Below are positions 38,619 to 48,403 of a DNA stretch of 64,000 nt, in pieces. Under the pieces are notes generated by a model. It saw only the letters and a list, made by a program, of their open reading frames with translations, did not search any database and was not told the DNA's origin. How positions within the stretch are numbered: position 1 is the first letter of the stretch; each line of letters begins with the position of its first letter. The position numbers were made by a program, and so were the translations under genes. The stretch is from Pseudomonadota bacterium (GTDB taxonomy: Bacteria > Desulfobacterota > Binatia > Binatales > Binataceae), in contig JAJPHZ010000007.1 of the NCBI GenBank assembly GCA_021325025.1, positions 190 to 64,189 of the forward strand, read 5' to 3'.

Positions 38619-41600
38619 TCAGGGGCGGAAAATACCCTCGATCGGTCCGAAGCGCCGCTCGATGATCGCGATCACCTCGTGTGGCGGCGGCGGCAGGTAG
38701 TCGCGCGCGTTGCGGATCGGCCCGTAATCGGAGCGGCAGCGGGCGAATTCGTTTTCACGCACAGGTTCGATGATGTCCCTGATTCTGGCCGCATCCGGCC
38801 ATCTTCCGCCCTTCTTCTCTTTGACAATTTTCTCTACAACTTCGATGGGAAGGAAATAATGATTCTGCGCGGAGAAGATGTCCCGCGCGAGCGTGGCCAG
38901 ATATGCGCGCGCCGTTTCCGGTGAGGGCACCGCGACGGTCCTGGCAAGGCCTTCGACCTCGGCGGCATCCTCGCCCGCGCCAACCGCAATCGCGGTAAAC
39001 AGCTTGTCCGGATTTCCGCCCGCCGCCGCCAACGCCATTGCGCCCAGAACGCCGGACAGGAAATCGCTGGCCCGCGCGCCGCTGTTGCGCGCGATGCAAT
39101 TGAGCGAGCGGCTGCGGTCCGGGGACACCGTGACGATACCGCGCAGGTTGATACGCAGCGCGGCATCGGTACCCGCACGCGGCACGCTCACGTCGAGCAC
39201 TATTGCTGGCAAAATCAGGTCGGGCTCGGCGATTTCCTCCGCCGCGCCGCCAATTCTAATGCGCTGCCATCCGGTCAAAGTCGCGACTCCCAGCTTGCGC
39301 GCCTGCTCGACGCACAGTTCCAGCCGGCGCGCAAAGGCCGTTTCCTCCACCTCGGCGAACGGCCCCACCGGTGCCTTGCCGGCCAACTGATGGCGCCGCA
39401 GGGCCCGCCGGAAATGAGCTTGAGCCGCGGCCGCGTCGCCGCGCCCGGCCCAAAAGGCGTCGCGCAGCAGGACGACGTGATCGAGAAAGGTCTGGCTCAG
39501 CGGTTCATTTTCCGTGTCCTCTTCGTCGCCGCCGTCCTCGTCCACCATCCCCAACGCGTATTGCGCCGCCCCCTGGAGCGGGCACTCGAGGTAGCGCCGC
39601 AGCGCCGCCAGCGAAAGATGTATCTCGCGCGGCTCCTCAGTTGCGGGGTCGGCTGCGGGCGGCGGTTGCACGATGTGCAGCGCGGGCGCCAGTTGCGCTT
39701 GCACCTGCGGCGCCAGCATCTCCAGCAGCGGCGCGTCGCGCGGCGGCGCACCGCATTTGTCCTCCAAATCGGCGCGCAGCGCGGCCATTCGCGCCGTCCA
39801 TCGCGCGTTGGGATCGAAGTTGACCAGGCGGGCGTCCGCCGCGGCGCCGTTAAGGTCGGGAAAATATTTGGGATCGTGGCTGCTGGCGGGATGATCGATG
39901 GTCAGGTTTTCTATCTCCGCCTGATCGAGGTAGTGCCCGATAATCATTCTCAGTTCGCCGATTGCGGGCGACGGCTCGATCCGCTCGCCGCTCAGCGCGT
40001 CGCGTGACACCCAGGAAAAGCAGATGCGCTCGCGCGCGGCCAGCAGCATCTCCAAAAACAGGTAGCGGTCGCGTTGGCTGGGGCTGACGTCGCCGGCGCG
40101 CCGGCCAGCCGTGCGCAGGTCGAGCAGGTCGTGGCGGTCGCGCTGGGGAAAAATCGTCTCGCCCAATCCCAGCGCGAAGATGGCCTGAAATGGAATCGAA
40201 CGCAGGGCCGAAAACGATCCGACCGCGACGCCGCCCTCGGCATAGAGCCCCTGCTCGGATTGGGCCGCCGCAATCCGTTCCATGGCGCGGGCGCAGGCGA
40301 CCCGATATGAGACCGGCTCGCCGCGCAATCCCTGCGGCACCATCGATTCGATCGCATTTGCACACCACGCCGCGACGGCGCGCCCCGCCGGCTCGGTCGG
40401 ATTGACGTAAGTCCGGATCAGATCGCCCAGCAGGTGCGCCCACGCCGCCATCGGCAGCCGCCGCTCGCGCAGGTCGAGCGCGTCGGCGAGCAGGCGGCGC
40501 ACATTTGCGATCAGAGCCGCGATGGCGGCAAGGTCGTCCGGTTCGGATGCGCACGGCAGATACTCGCGCTGCTGCGGCCCCGTCACAACCGGCGCTTGTT
40601 CCTGCGGCTGGTCGCCGATGAAGACTCCCAGCGCAAGGCGCCGCAGGGCCTGATCCCAATGGAAGTAATTGGCCGGTATGTAGGTGCCCTTGAAGTCAGT
40701 TTCGTCGGCGCCGAAGAACACGCCGGCCGACCGGCACCATTGCTCCCACTGCGCGGCGTCCACAGCAGCATCGCCGATGATCGCCGGATGGGTTGCCAGA
40801 TGGAGCACTGCGTCGCGATGGAAATGGCCGTTGGGCAGGTCCAACAGCAGTTGAATGGCTTCGAGGACGCGCGCCTCGGCGCTCACGGGGCGATCGACCA
40901 TGTTGAGCGGAATGCGGTAGCGCTGCGCGAAGACGGTCTCGACATGCGGCAGGTAGGCGTCGAGTTCGGAGTCCGGAATCAGCACGGCGATTTGATGCAA
41001 GCGCAGCGGCGCGGCGCGTTTGTCCTCGCGCAGCAGCGACCAGATCGAATCGGCGACAATCTCGACTTCGCGCCGGATTCCCGGACAGCCGAGGAAGCGG
41101 ATGCTGCCATCGTTCGCCGCGCCGCCTTGCGCCGATCCCCCAGGGGCGTGCGGCTGGCGGCACAGGATGTCTTCCTGGATCTGGGCAAGCAGCGTGGCCC
41201 GTTCGCCCTGGCGCACCGGATGTTTGAAGTGGGCGTCGAAGTCGCAGTCGGTCAGTTCGTTGAGCAGGCGGATGTATTCGCGGCCGGGTTTGCCCCACAG
41301 GCGCAGCGCCGGGTTGTCGTCGGGCGCGTCGAGGCCGAACGGATCCTCGACCGCGTCCAGCGCGGCGCCCAGCTTGTGGCCGCGGCGAAGCAGGCGGTCG
41401 CGCGCGCCGCGATACGAACTGTCCACGTCTTCCCAGAATTCCATGCACGGATTAAGCGTGTAAATGTGCAGATCGGCAATTTTGCCAATCTGTGCAAAGA
41501 CGCGGATGAATTCGGGGCCGGCGTAGGAAAGCCCAAACACGTGCAGCGGCGCTGCGATCGCTGACGCGAGCCGCTGCGGCGCCAGCGCCGCCAGCGCGGC

Positions 41601-42203
41601 GCTGGGCAAAAAGTACCGCGAGCGATCATCCTCGAACCATCGCGCCATCAGCCGCCCGTCGGGACCGAACAGGGACAGGTAGAGATGGCGCTGCCAGCGT
41701 TCCGCCGCGCGCATCGAATCCAGCCCGGGCATCGTCCCGGTGTGCCATCGCGCCAGCATCTCGGCGCGCGAAATCGCATACTCCCGGAACAGATGCGCGA
41801 TGCGCGCGCTCAACTCGAACAGGCGTAGTTCACGGTCCGCGCCGGTGCCCGAGCCTGCCGACGCGTATTCGGCCACCGCGCGCAGATTGGCGTCGCCGCG
41901 CTCAACGCCGGCGCGCAGGCATTCGAAAATCACCAGTTCCAGGTCGTCCGCTTCAATCATTGCCGCGGACGGATCGGCCGCCGCGACGACGCGGGCCAGA
42001 TAGCGGCGCAGAAAAGGGAATTCGAGGTTTGCCGCCACCCCGTTGATTTGGGCCAGGCGCAGCTTGAGGAACTCCTCGATAATCCGGTTGGGTACGACGA
42101 CCACCGGCCGCGCCAGCGGGTCGGCGCGCTGCTGGGCGCTGAGCGCCGCGGCGAGCGGCGCGATCAACTCCTCGAGGCGGTTGGAATAGTGCAGATGGAT
42201 CAT
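38619..42203 (-). CDS. recC: Exodeoxyribonuclease V gamma subunit
   Basis: MIHLHYSNRLEELIAPLAAAL...PVVVVPNRIIEEFLKLRLAQ, typical RecC N-terminus. 1194 aa. 16 bp upstream of recB. Confidence 0.85.
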   Translation of the reverse strand: MIHLHYSNRLEELIAPLAAALSAQQRADPLARPVVVVPNRIIEEFLKLRLAQINGVAANLEFPFLRRYLARVVAAADPSAAMIEADDLELVIFECLRAGVERGDANLRAVAEYASAGSGTGADRELRLFELSARIAHLFREYAISRAEMLARWHTGTMPGLDSMRAAERWQRHLYLSLFGPDGRLMARWFEDDRSRYFLPSAALAALAPQRLASAIAAPLHVFGLSYAGPEFIRVFAQIGKIADLHIYTLNPCMEFWEDVDSSYRGARDRLLRRGHKLGAALDAVEDPFGLDAPDDNPALRLWGKPGREYIRLLNELTDCDFDAHFKHPVRQGERATLLAQIQEDILCRQPHAPGGSAQGGAANDGSIRFLGCPGIRREVEIVADSIWSLLREDKRAAPLRLHQIAVLIPDSELDAYLPHVETVFAQRYRIPLNMVDRPVSAEARVLEAIQLLLDLPNGHFHRDAVLHLATHPAIIGDAAVDAAQWEQWCRSAGVFFGADETDFKGTYIPANYFHWDQALRRLALGVFIGDQPQEQAPVVTGPQQREYLPCASEPDDLAAIAALIANVRRLLADALDLRERRLPMAAWAHLLGDLIRTYVNPTEPAGRAVAAWCANAIESMVPQGLRGEPVSYRVACARAMERIAAAQSEQGLYAEGGVAVGSFSALRSIPFQAIFALGLGETIFPQRDRHDLLDLRTAGRRAGDVSPSQRDRYLFLEMLLAARERICFSWVSRDALSGERIEPSPAIGELRMIIGHYLDQAEIENLTIDHPASSHDPKYFPDLNGAAADARLVNFDPNARWTARMAALRADLEDKCGAPPRDAPLLEMLAPQVQAQLAPALHIVQPPPAADPATEEPREIHLSLAALRRYLECPLQGAAQYALGMVDEDGGDEEDTENEPLSQTFLDHVVLLRDAFWAGRGDAAAAQAHFRRALRRHQLAGKAPVGPFAEVEETAFARRLELCVEQARKLGVATLTGWQRIRIGGAAEEIAEPDLILPAIVLDVSVPRAGTDAALRINLRGIVTVSPDRSRSLNCIARNSGARASDFLSGVLGAMALAAAGGNPDKLFTAIAVGAGEDAAEVEGLARTVAVPSPETARAYLATLARDIFSAQNHYFLPIEVVEKIVKEKKGGRWPDAARIRDIIEPVRENEFARCRSDYGPIRNARDYLPPPPHEVIAIIERRFGPIEGIFRP

Positions 42204-42463
42204 GCCACCTGCTCAGATTACACCCGTCAATGGAACACCATAAAGCCGCAAATCGCAGTTTGCCCACAACGACATGTTCAACTTGTACCAGGGTGCGCTG
42301 ACAGCCGTTGTCAGCGCAGCGCGCGCCGGGTGCAGTTTGTTTGGGCGATGGAACAGTGCTATCCAAGCACAGGCGCGCAGGCGAGCCTGGGTGGTTTTGC
42401 GCCGGGAGGCTTGGACCTCGATGGCTCGCGCGCAGGCAGGGCCGGCCCAAGCAAGGAGCGTGT

Positions 42464-43255
42464 TCGATGGCATCTGAATGGCGACAGGAAAAGGTCCACG
42501 TGGCGGGCGCGGACCTGCAGTTTATAAAGGGTGGTCAGGGCAAACCGCTGTTGGTGTTGCATGAGGAATTGGGCCATCCGGGATGGCTGCGATGGCATTC
42601 GGAGTTGGCGCGTGAGCGTGAGCTGCTGATCCCCATCCAGCCCGGCTTTTACGGCACCGAGCGGATTGAATGGATCGCCAACATGCGCGATTTGGCGGGC
42701 TTTTACGGACGCCTGGTGCGCGAGTTGAAGCTGACGCCGGTGGACGTGATCGGATTTTCCACCGGCGGCTGGATCGCGGCGGAGATGGCGGCGCAGAACT
42801 TTCAGCAGTTCAACCGCATGGTGCTGGTGGCGCCGGCCGGCATTCGGCCGCCCAGCGGCGAAATCATGGACATCTTCACCGTCACCGCGCGCGCCTATTT
42901 AGCCTCCACCGTGCTGGACCGCGACAATGCGCCCGAACTGGCCAGGCTTTACGGCGGCGAGCGCACGCCCGAGCAATTCGAGGCCTTTGAAGACGCGCGC
43001 TCGGAAATCGCGCGCCTGGCATGGGAGCCTTATCTGTTCAGTCCCAGTCTGCCCAAACTGCTCGAGGGCGTAGCTGGGCTGCCCACCCTGATCATCTGGG
43101 GAAGGCAGGATCCGGTCATCCCGCTCAGTGCGGGCGAGGTGTACAACAAGTCGATCGCGGGGTCGCGCCTGGCGGTGCTCGATCGCTGCGGCCATCGGCC
43201 GGAGATTGAAAAAACCGAGGAATTTGTGAAACTGCTGCGCGATTTTCTCCGCTAA
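42464..43255 (+). CDS. Alpha/beta-fold hydrolase (paralog of 13241..14035)
   Basis: GFSTGGW nucleophile elbow. About 60% identical to the other copy across the full length. Confidence 0.7.
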   Translation, partial: SMASEWRQEKVHVAGADLQFIKGGQGKPLLVLHEELGHPGWLRWHSELARERELLIPIQPGFYGTERIEWIANMRDLAGFYGRLVRELKLTPVDVIGFSTGGWIAAEMAAQNFQQFNRMVLVAPAGIRPPSGEIMDIFTVTARAYLASTVLDRDNAPELARLYGGERTPEQFEAFEDARSEIARLAWEPYLFSPSLPKLLEGVAGLPTLIIWGRQDPVIPLSAGEVYNKSIAGSRLAVLDRCGHRPEIEKTEEFVKLLRDFLR

Positions 43256-43317
43256 TCCGTTTTTTTCGCTGTTTCGGCCGCCGCCGGCCGTGCTATTGCT
43301 GTGAGGGGGAGGACATC

Positions 43318-43521
43318 ATGGCGCGATGCATCATGGTATTCAGGCGCGGCGGCCGATACCATCGAATCCCCGAAACCGAAGTCGAAGACTGGCAGGAAGT
43401 GCTCGACGCCATCGACGGCGAGCCCGAGCTCATCGAGCGCGTTTCGGGATGGGAGCCGTACACCCACGCTTACCGTCTGCCTGACGCGTCGGTGTATCTG
43501 GTCGAGATGGAAAACGAATAG
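43318..43521 (+). CDS. Small hypothetical protein (67 aa)
   Basis: GGGGGAGGA RBS immediately upstream of ATG. Compact acidic protein between hydrolase and SDR. Confidence 0.4.
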   Translation: MARCIMVFRRGGRYHRIPETEVEDWQEVLDAIDGEPELIERVSGWEPYTHAYRLPDASVYLVEMENE

Positions 43522-43533
43522 TTTGGCCGCGCG

Positions 43534-44307
43534 TCATTCCTCGAGAATCAAGGGCACCGGCTCGGCCGTGTTTTGCCCGCCGTCCACCACCATCGTCGCG
43601 CCCGATATCCACTGGGCTTCATCGCTGGCCAAAAACAGCGCCATCGCGGCAATATCCTCCGGGGCGCCGGCCTTGGGAATCGCCTGAGCCCTGGCGAAGG
43701 CGGCCTCGGCGTCGGGAATTGTGCTGCGGGAAGCCGGCGTCGCGATCAGGCCGGGTGAAATGCAATTGACGCGGATGAAGTCCTTGCCCACCAGGCGCGC
43801 CACCGACGCGGTCAGGTTGATGACCCCGGCCTTGGCGGCGCTGTAAGCGTGCAACGGCGGCATCCCGCGCAGGCCGGCGTTGGAGGCGATGGAAATGATC
43901 GAGCCGCCGCCCGCCTTGCGCATCTCGGGAATCGCCAGCCGCATGCCGATGAAGACGCTGCGCAGGGTCAGGGCGAAGGTCCGGTCCCAGTCCTCCAGCG
44001 TGGTCTGTTCGAAGGTCCGCCATGGTCCGCCGCCGGCGTTGTTGACCAGGATGTTGAGGCGGCCGAAATCCTTGACCGTCCGGTCCACTACCTCTTTAAG
44101 GTCGCGCTCGGCGGTGACGTCAACGCGATGGAAGACGGCGCGGCCCGCACCCTGGCTGAATTCGCGTGCGGCTTGCGCGCCCGCGCTCTCGTTGATGTCC
44201 GCGATAACCACCGCGGCGCCTTCGTCGGTAAAGCGCCGGGCGATGGCGCGTCCGATGCCGCTGGCGGCGCCGGTTACGATCGCAACCTTTGCGTCAAGTC
44301 TGCCCAT
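43534..44307 (-). CDS. SDR-family oxidoreductase
   Basis: VAIVTGAASGIGRAIA. NNAG. Catalytic YSAAK. PG-IATP. Confidence 0.8.
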   Translation of the reverse strand: MGRLDAKVAIVTGAASGIGRAIARRFTDEGAAVVIADINESAGAQAAREFSQGAGRAVFHRVDVTAERDLKEVVDRTVKDFGRLNILVNNAGGGPWRTFEQTTLEDWDRTFALTLRSVFIGMRLAIPEMRKAGGGSIISIASNAGLRGMPPLHAYSAAKAGVINLTASVARLVGKDFIRVNCISPGLIATPASRSTIPDAEAAFARAQAIPKAGAPEDIAAMALFLASDEAQWISGATMVVDGGQNTAEPVPLILEE

Positions 44308-44502
44308 TTCTGAATCTCCCCTGGAGTTGGAGGCAATAGTAGTGGCGCAGCGGCGCGAGCGCAAAAGCGCCGCGCTGCAGTCGAAGCCGGGGGTTTGATT
44401 TCAACCCGCGTTAGTTCAACAATCGCCTCTCGCCGCACGTGCGTTTGAGCGATGCGATGCGGCAAAAACGACCATGGCGGCAGCGCCAGTAGGAGGAAAG
44501 CC

Positions 44503-45291
44503 ATGCCAGGAGGACTCAGCAACCCGCACGTCAAGTTCGAGGATTACAAGAATCGCTATCGAAACATCAAGTTGGAGCGCCAAGACGGCATTCTGCTCGT
44601 GACCCTGCATTCCAACGGCGGACCGTTCAAGTTCAGCGCCGAGTTCCATACCGACTCCTGCGACGCGTTTGCCAATATCGGCGCCGATTTCGAGAACCGA
44701 TGCGTGATCATCACCGGTACCGGCGACAGTTTCTGCAACGGCCTGGACTTCAACGCCGACGTCAGCGATCCCGACGTGGTGGCGCGCATCCAGTGGGAAG
44801 GGCGCAAGATGCTGCTCAACCTGATGGATATCGAGGTGCCGGTGATCGGCGCGGTCAACGGGCCGGCGATCATCCATGCCGAGATGGGCGTAATGCATGA
44901 CATCGTGATTTGCACCGAGGACACCGTCTTCGCCGACATGCCGCACTTCCCCGGCGGGGTCGTCCCCGGCGACGGCGTCCACGTTATCTGGCAGCACATC
45001 CTGGGACCGACGCGCGGCCGCTATTTCCTGCTGACCGGCCAGCACATCCCGGCCAAGGAAGCCAAGGAGGTCGGCATCGTCAACGAGGTCGTGCCGCGGG
45101 CCAAGCTGATGGATCGCGCCTGGGAACTGGCGCGGATGATCACCGAGCGGCCCAATCTGGTCACACGCTACTCGCGCCTGGTCCTGACCCGCAACTACCG
45201 CAAGCTGCTCGAAGCGGAAACCGGCTACGGGCTGGCGTTGGAGCTTTTCGCCTCCAGCGTCCGGGTCAGGGAGATGATGGGACAACGGTAA
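44503..45291 (+). CDS. Enoyl-CoA hydratase/isomerase (crotonase) family protein
   Basis: AGGAGG RBS. ITGTGDSFCNGLDF oxyanion-hole region and VPVIGAVNGPA. Confidence 0.7.
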   Translation: MPGGLSNPHVKFEDYKNRYRNIKLERQDGILLVTLHSNGGPFKFSAEFHTDSCDAFANIGADFENRCVIITGTGDSFCNGLDFNADVSDPDVVARIQWEGRKMLLNLMDIEVPVIGAVNGPAIIHAEMGVMHDIVICTEDTVFADMPHFPGGVVPGDGVHVIWQHILGPTRGRYFLLTGQHIPAKEAKEVGIVNEVVPRAKLMDRAWELARMITERPNLVTRYSRLVLTRNYRKLLEAETGYGLALELFASSVRVREMMGQR

Positions 45292-45410
45292 AGCGCGGTT
45301 TGCAATGTGCCGTGCGCATCCGGCCTTCAACAGTGGGGCGGACGAAGCCGTCCGCCCCACGCGCGTCCATCATATCGCGGGCATTGATCCATGCCTGCAC
45401 CAGCCCTTGC

Positions 45411-45875
45411 TCAGGGTTCGACGGTCGCGGGTGACAGTGGCGGTTTGGCGTCGGGCGCCACGATGAATCCCATCGCCTTGAGTTGGGCGGCCAACCGCCG
45501 GCGGGTTTGTGTGACATCGAGCAATTGATGCGTCCGGTATTTGCGGACTTCGGTGGCAGTGTAAGGCTTGAAGTGCGCGGGAAGCTGCGCGCGGCTGAAC
45601 GTCAGCAGCATCCAATTCAATACCGCGGCGATTTCCTGGTCGCTGAGCGCGGCGGCGGCGACGCCCGGCACTTCGACCAGGTAGGCGCGTCCCTCGGGAA
45701 TGCGCACAAAGTAGCCCATCGAGCCGGCCAGCCGCGGCACACTGCCCGCAATCCCTTGTGCGTGCGGCTGATGGCATCCCCAGCAATGGAGCGTGTAGAG
45801 CTGCTCGGGCGGAGCGGCATGTACAGTCGCCGCCGCGCCGAGAACAACGATCGCTGTCCACGTCCGCCATTTCAT
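45411..45875 (-). CDS. Class I c-type cytochrome (monoheme)
   Basis: Signal peptide then CWGCH heme-binding motif. About 130-aa mature protein. Confidence 0.75.
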   Translation of the reverse strand: MKWRTWTAIVVLGAAATVHAAPPEQLYTLHCWGCHQPHAQGIAGSVPRLAGSMGYFVRIPEGRAYLVEVPGVAAAALSDQEIAAVLNWMLLTFSRAQLPAHFKPYTATEVRKYRTHQLLDVTQTRRRLAAQLKAMGFIVAPDAKPPLSPATVEP

Positions 45876-45994
45876 CGAACAACGTAGCTACTACTTCATA
45901 GCGGGCCGCTTCAAGATTCCGCGAACGCGGCGAAACCCCCGCTCTGGCCGGCGCGAAACTCTTTGCTCCGTAGCGCGCCGGCACGTTCGGGTTG

Positions 45995-46546
45995 CTACCG
46001 TGACGCTTGCGACTTGACCGAGATGCCCAGCATCTGTAACTCGCGGTAAACCGCGGTCGAGGTCATCTGGTGGGTGCGATTGCGTCTGACTTCGCGGGCG
46101 GTGAACGGCACGAAGTTTTTGGGCAGAAGGCCGGCGTTGAAGCTGGTGAGGACATGGTTTAGGAGCTGCGCGATCTCGTCGTCGCTCAACTGCGCCCAGG
46201 ATTGCATGACACCGTTGTAAGTCATCCCGCGTACCGTGATGGGACCGATCAGCCCGAATGACAGCACGTGCACCAGATACGCGCGGCCATCTTTGGAATG
46301 TGCGAATTCGCCCACCGAGTCGGCCAGCGGCGGATACATGGCGGGAATCCCACGTCCGTCCGCCTGATGGCAAACTGCGCAGTGCACCGCGAACAACTGC
46401 GCTCCCGACGCGTGGGCGAGGCCGCCCCAGGCTATCGCGCCGGCGGCGGCGGCGATGAAAGCGATTGGCGCAAGCAGGCCGGGCGCCGAAGCCGGCGCTG
46501 CGGGACACGCGGTCGTTGTCACGGGATTTCGGCGCCAACGTTTCAA
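45995..46546 (-). CDS. Class I c-type cytochrome (monoheme), paralog of 45411..45875
   Basis: CAVCH motif. ...GRAYLVHV... aligns with ...GRAYLVEV... in the neighbour. Start uncertain (TTG 46546 or GTG 46522) because the stop-to-stop ORF would overlap the light-chain gene. Confidence 0.65.
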   Translation of the reverse strand: MKRWRRNPVTTTACPAAPASAPGLLAPIAFIAAAAGAIAWGGLAHASGAQLFAVHCAVCHQADGRGIPAMYPPLADSVGEFAHSKDGRAYLVHVLSFGLIGPITVRGMTYNGVMQSWAQLSDDEIAQLLNHVLTSFNAGLLPKNFVPFTAREVRRNRTHQMTSTAVYRELQMLGISVKSQASR

Positions 46547-46556
46547 ATATCTTCGG

Positions 46557-47063
46557 CTAGCTCTTGAGCGCGAGCTTGACGGCCGTAGTGCAGTTGACGA
46601 CAAAGCTGGAGGTCCCGTAGCACCAGGTCACGCCGTTGTCGAGTTGCGTACGATACAGGGGCAGGTCGCCCTTGTTGTTCTGGCAGAAGCAGCGTCCACA
46701 ATTATCCTTTCCGCAGCAGTCGCGGTAGCCGATTATGTACTCCTTGCCGTCGACCGGATTGCGGCAGGTTCCTACCCACGAGGTGGGCGACATCAGCGTC
46801 CCCGGCGGACACTCGGTGGTGCTGCCGCCGCAGCATCCGCACAACGAACCGTCGAAGCCGCAGTAGCGCCAGTAATCGCAGCTCAGCGGGTCGCCCTCGC
46901 CGGGTGCGGGTTCGGCCGCGTGGGCGCGGGCGGCGACGCGTTCCACCGGCAGCAGCGGCAGCGCGATCGCGCCCAGGATAACTCTGCCGATCAGAGCAAG
47001 CATTCCGCGCCGCGAGGTGCGCATCGCGACCTGGCGTGTGACCCGTTCAACCAGCGCATCCAT
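46557..47063 (-). CDS. mauA: Methylamine/aromatic-amine dehydrogenase light (small) subunit carrying the TTQ cofactor (MauA-like)
   Basis: Twin-arginine leader (SRRGMLALIG). Mature part CDYWRYCGFDGSLCGCCGGSTTECPPGT...SWVGTC..P.DG..YIIGYRDCCG...GRCFC...G.LPLYR...TWCYG matches the MADH light chain 12-Cys pattern. Both TTQ-forming Trp positions are present. Confidence 0.85.
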   Translation of the reverse strand: MDALVERVTRQVAMRTSRRGMLALIGRVILGAIALPLLPVERVAARAHAAEPAPGEGDPLSCDYWRYCGFDGSLCGCCGGSTTECPPGTLMSPTSWVGTCRNPVDGKEYIIGYRDCCGKDNCGRCFCQNNKGDLPLYRTQLDNGVTWCYGTSSFVVNCTTAVKLALKS

Positions 47064-47092
47064 TGCATTCGTCCACCGTCAAACGCTCCCGG

Positions 47093-48277
47093 CTACGGAC
47101 CGAAGATCCACATCGGAAAGCCGGGCAGCTGGTCCATCGCCCCCAGGTATCGTCCGGTTTTGGTCGCGAACGATTGAAGCGTCGGTCCGCTGGCCATTCC
47201 GCCCGGTTCCGGCAGCGAGAGCGCAAACAGCCGCGGGTCACGGTCCTGTGTGACATGGATTTCGGCCGCCGGACGCGGCAGCACGATTTTGTCAACACGC
47301 TGCTTGCGCGCCGCGTCATACACCCACACTTCGATGCCGAACTGCTTGTGAGTCCATTCGCCGCCCCGATGCATCAGGACGTAAAACAACCCGCCGGGCG
47401 CGTAGGCGCCAAGCGGTTGGTATCCGCCGGGCCGCCATCCTTGTTTGCGCTCCGCGTCGGTCACCAACGGCCAGGGCTTTTGCGCGGTCGCCGGGTCCGA
47501 TGACCAATCAACCGGATACACCATCGCGTGATAGCTGATGAAATAGGCGGTTTTGCCGAGCATCGCGGGCACGCTGAACACCGGATCCTTTTCGGGATCG
47601 AAAAACGGCTTGGCCATGCGCTTGGCACCCACGGCCTTGCCGCTGTCGTTGAAGTCGATCGTCAACATCGCCCCGTCGCCGCACAGCGATTGCAACCGGC
47701 GCGGGCCCGAAAGCAGCACGCCGGTGCATCCCGCGGTGTCGATTTCTCCCGCCACTTGGTTATTGGCGATGTCGACCACCGTGATCGAGGTCGCCGGCGT
47801 CAGGTTGGCCACCAGCAGCAAGCGCCCGTCAGAGGTCAGCGCCATGGCGGAGCTGTCGGGCGGGATATGCATCTGGCGCTTGGGCGGAATTATCACTTCG
47901 CGCACCGGCGCCAGCCGTCGCGCGTCGTAAGTCGTGACCACGTCGGTGCGATCGCCGCGCGAGCCGCGCGAGTAGAAGGTATCGGCCGTGAAGATGAACT
48001 TGCGATCGCGCGACAGGGCGGCGATGCCCAACAGGCCGCCGGTGAGCATCCCCAGCATCTGCAGCGAGTCGCCGTCAACGATTTCGACTTTGGTTGAGAT
48101 CTCGCTGTCAAGTCCGGCGGGGCTTACGAGGAATACCCAATGCGGCGCGACCGGTCCCAGTTCGCGGACCCGCACACCTTCAGGAGGGGGCGTCTGGGCG
48201 AACGCATTTGCCGCCGCAAGCCAGAGCGCGGCGCACAAAACATTCAGTAAGGTGTGAAATCCGGCGCGCATCCCCAC
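47093..48277 (-). CDS. mauB: Methylamine/aromatic-amine dehydrogenase heavy (large) subunit, 7-bladed beta-propeller (MauB-like)
   Basis: Signal peptide. 394 aa. C-terminal ...IHVTQDRDPRLFALS resembles MauB (...VSQDEKPLLYALS). 30 bp upstream of the light chain on the same strand. Confidence 0.75.
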   Translation of the reverse strand: MGMRAGFHTLLNVLCAALWLAAANAFAQTPPPEGVRVRELGPVAPHWVFLVSPAGLDSEISTKVEIVDGDSLQMLGMLTGGLLGIAALSRDRKFIFTADTFYSRGSRGDRTDVVTTYDARRLAPVREVIIPPKRQMHIPPDSSAMALTSDGRLLLVANLTPATSITVVDIANNQVAGEIDTAGCTGVLLSGPRRLQSLCGDGAMLTIDFNDSGKAVGAKRMAKPFFDPEKDPVFSVPAMLGKTAYFISYHAMVYPVDWSSDPATAQKPWPLVTDAERKQGWRPGGYQPLGAYAPGGLFYVLMHRGGEWTHKQFGIEVWVYDAARKQRVDKIVLPRPAAEIHVTQDRDPRLFALSLPEPGGMASGPTLQSFATKTGRYLGAMDQLPGFPMWIFGP

Positions 48278-48403
48278 TTCTGCCCGCGCGGCCCTTGCGA
48301 CTGCGGTGCACCCTGCGGACCGGCCCCCAGCCGTCCAAACGCGGCGCAGGCAATGAAAGCCTTTCGCCCTGTAGCACTTTTGTAAGAATATTTACAACCG
48401 CGC

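Noticed and set aside
42308-42463. N-terminal extension of the second alpha/beta hydrolase ORF
   Set aside because: Alignment with the paralog places the start at MASEWRQEK (42464). The upstream residues are unmatched.
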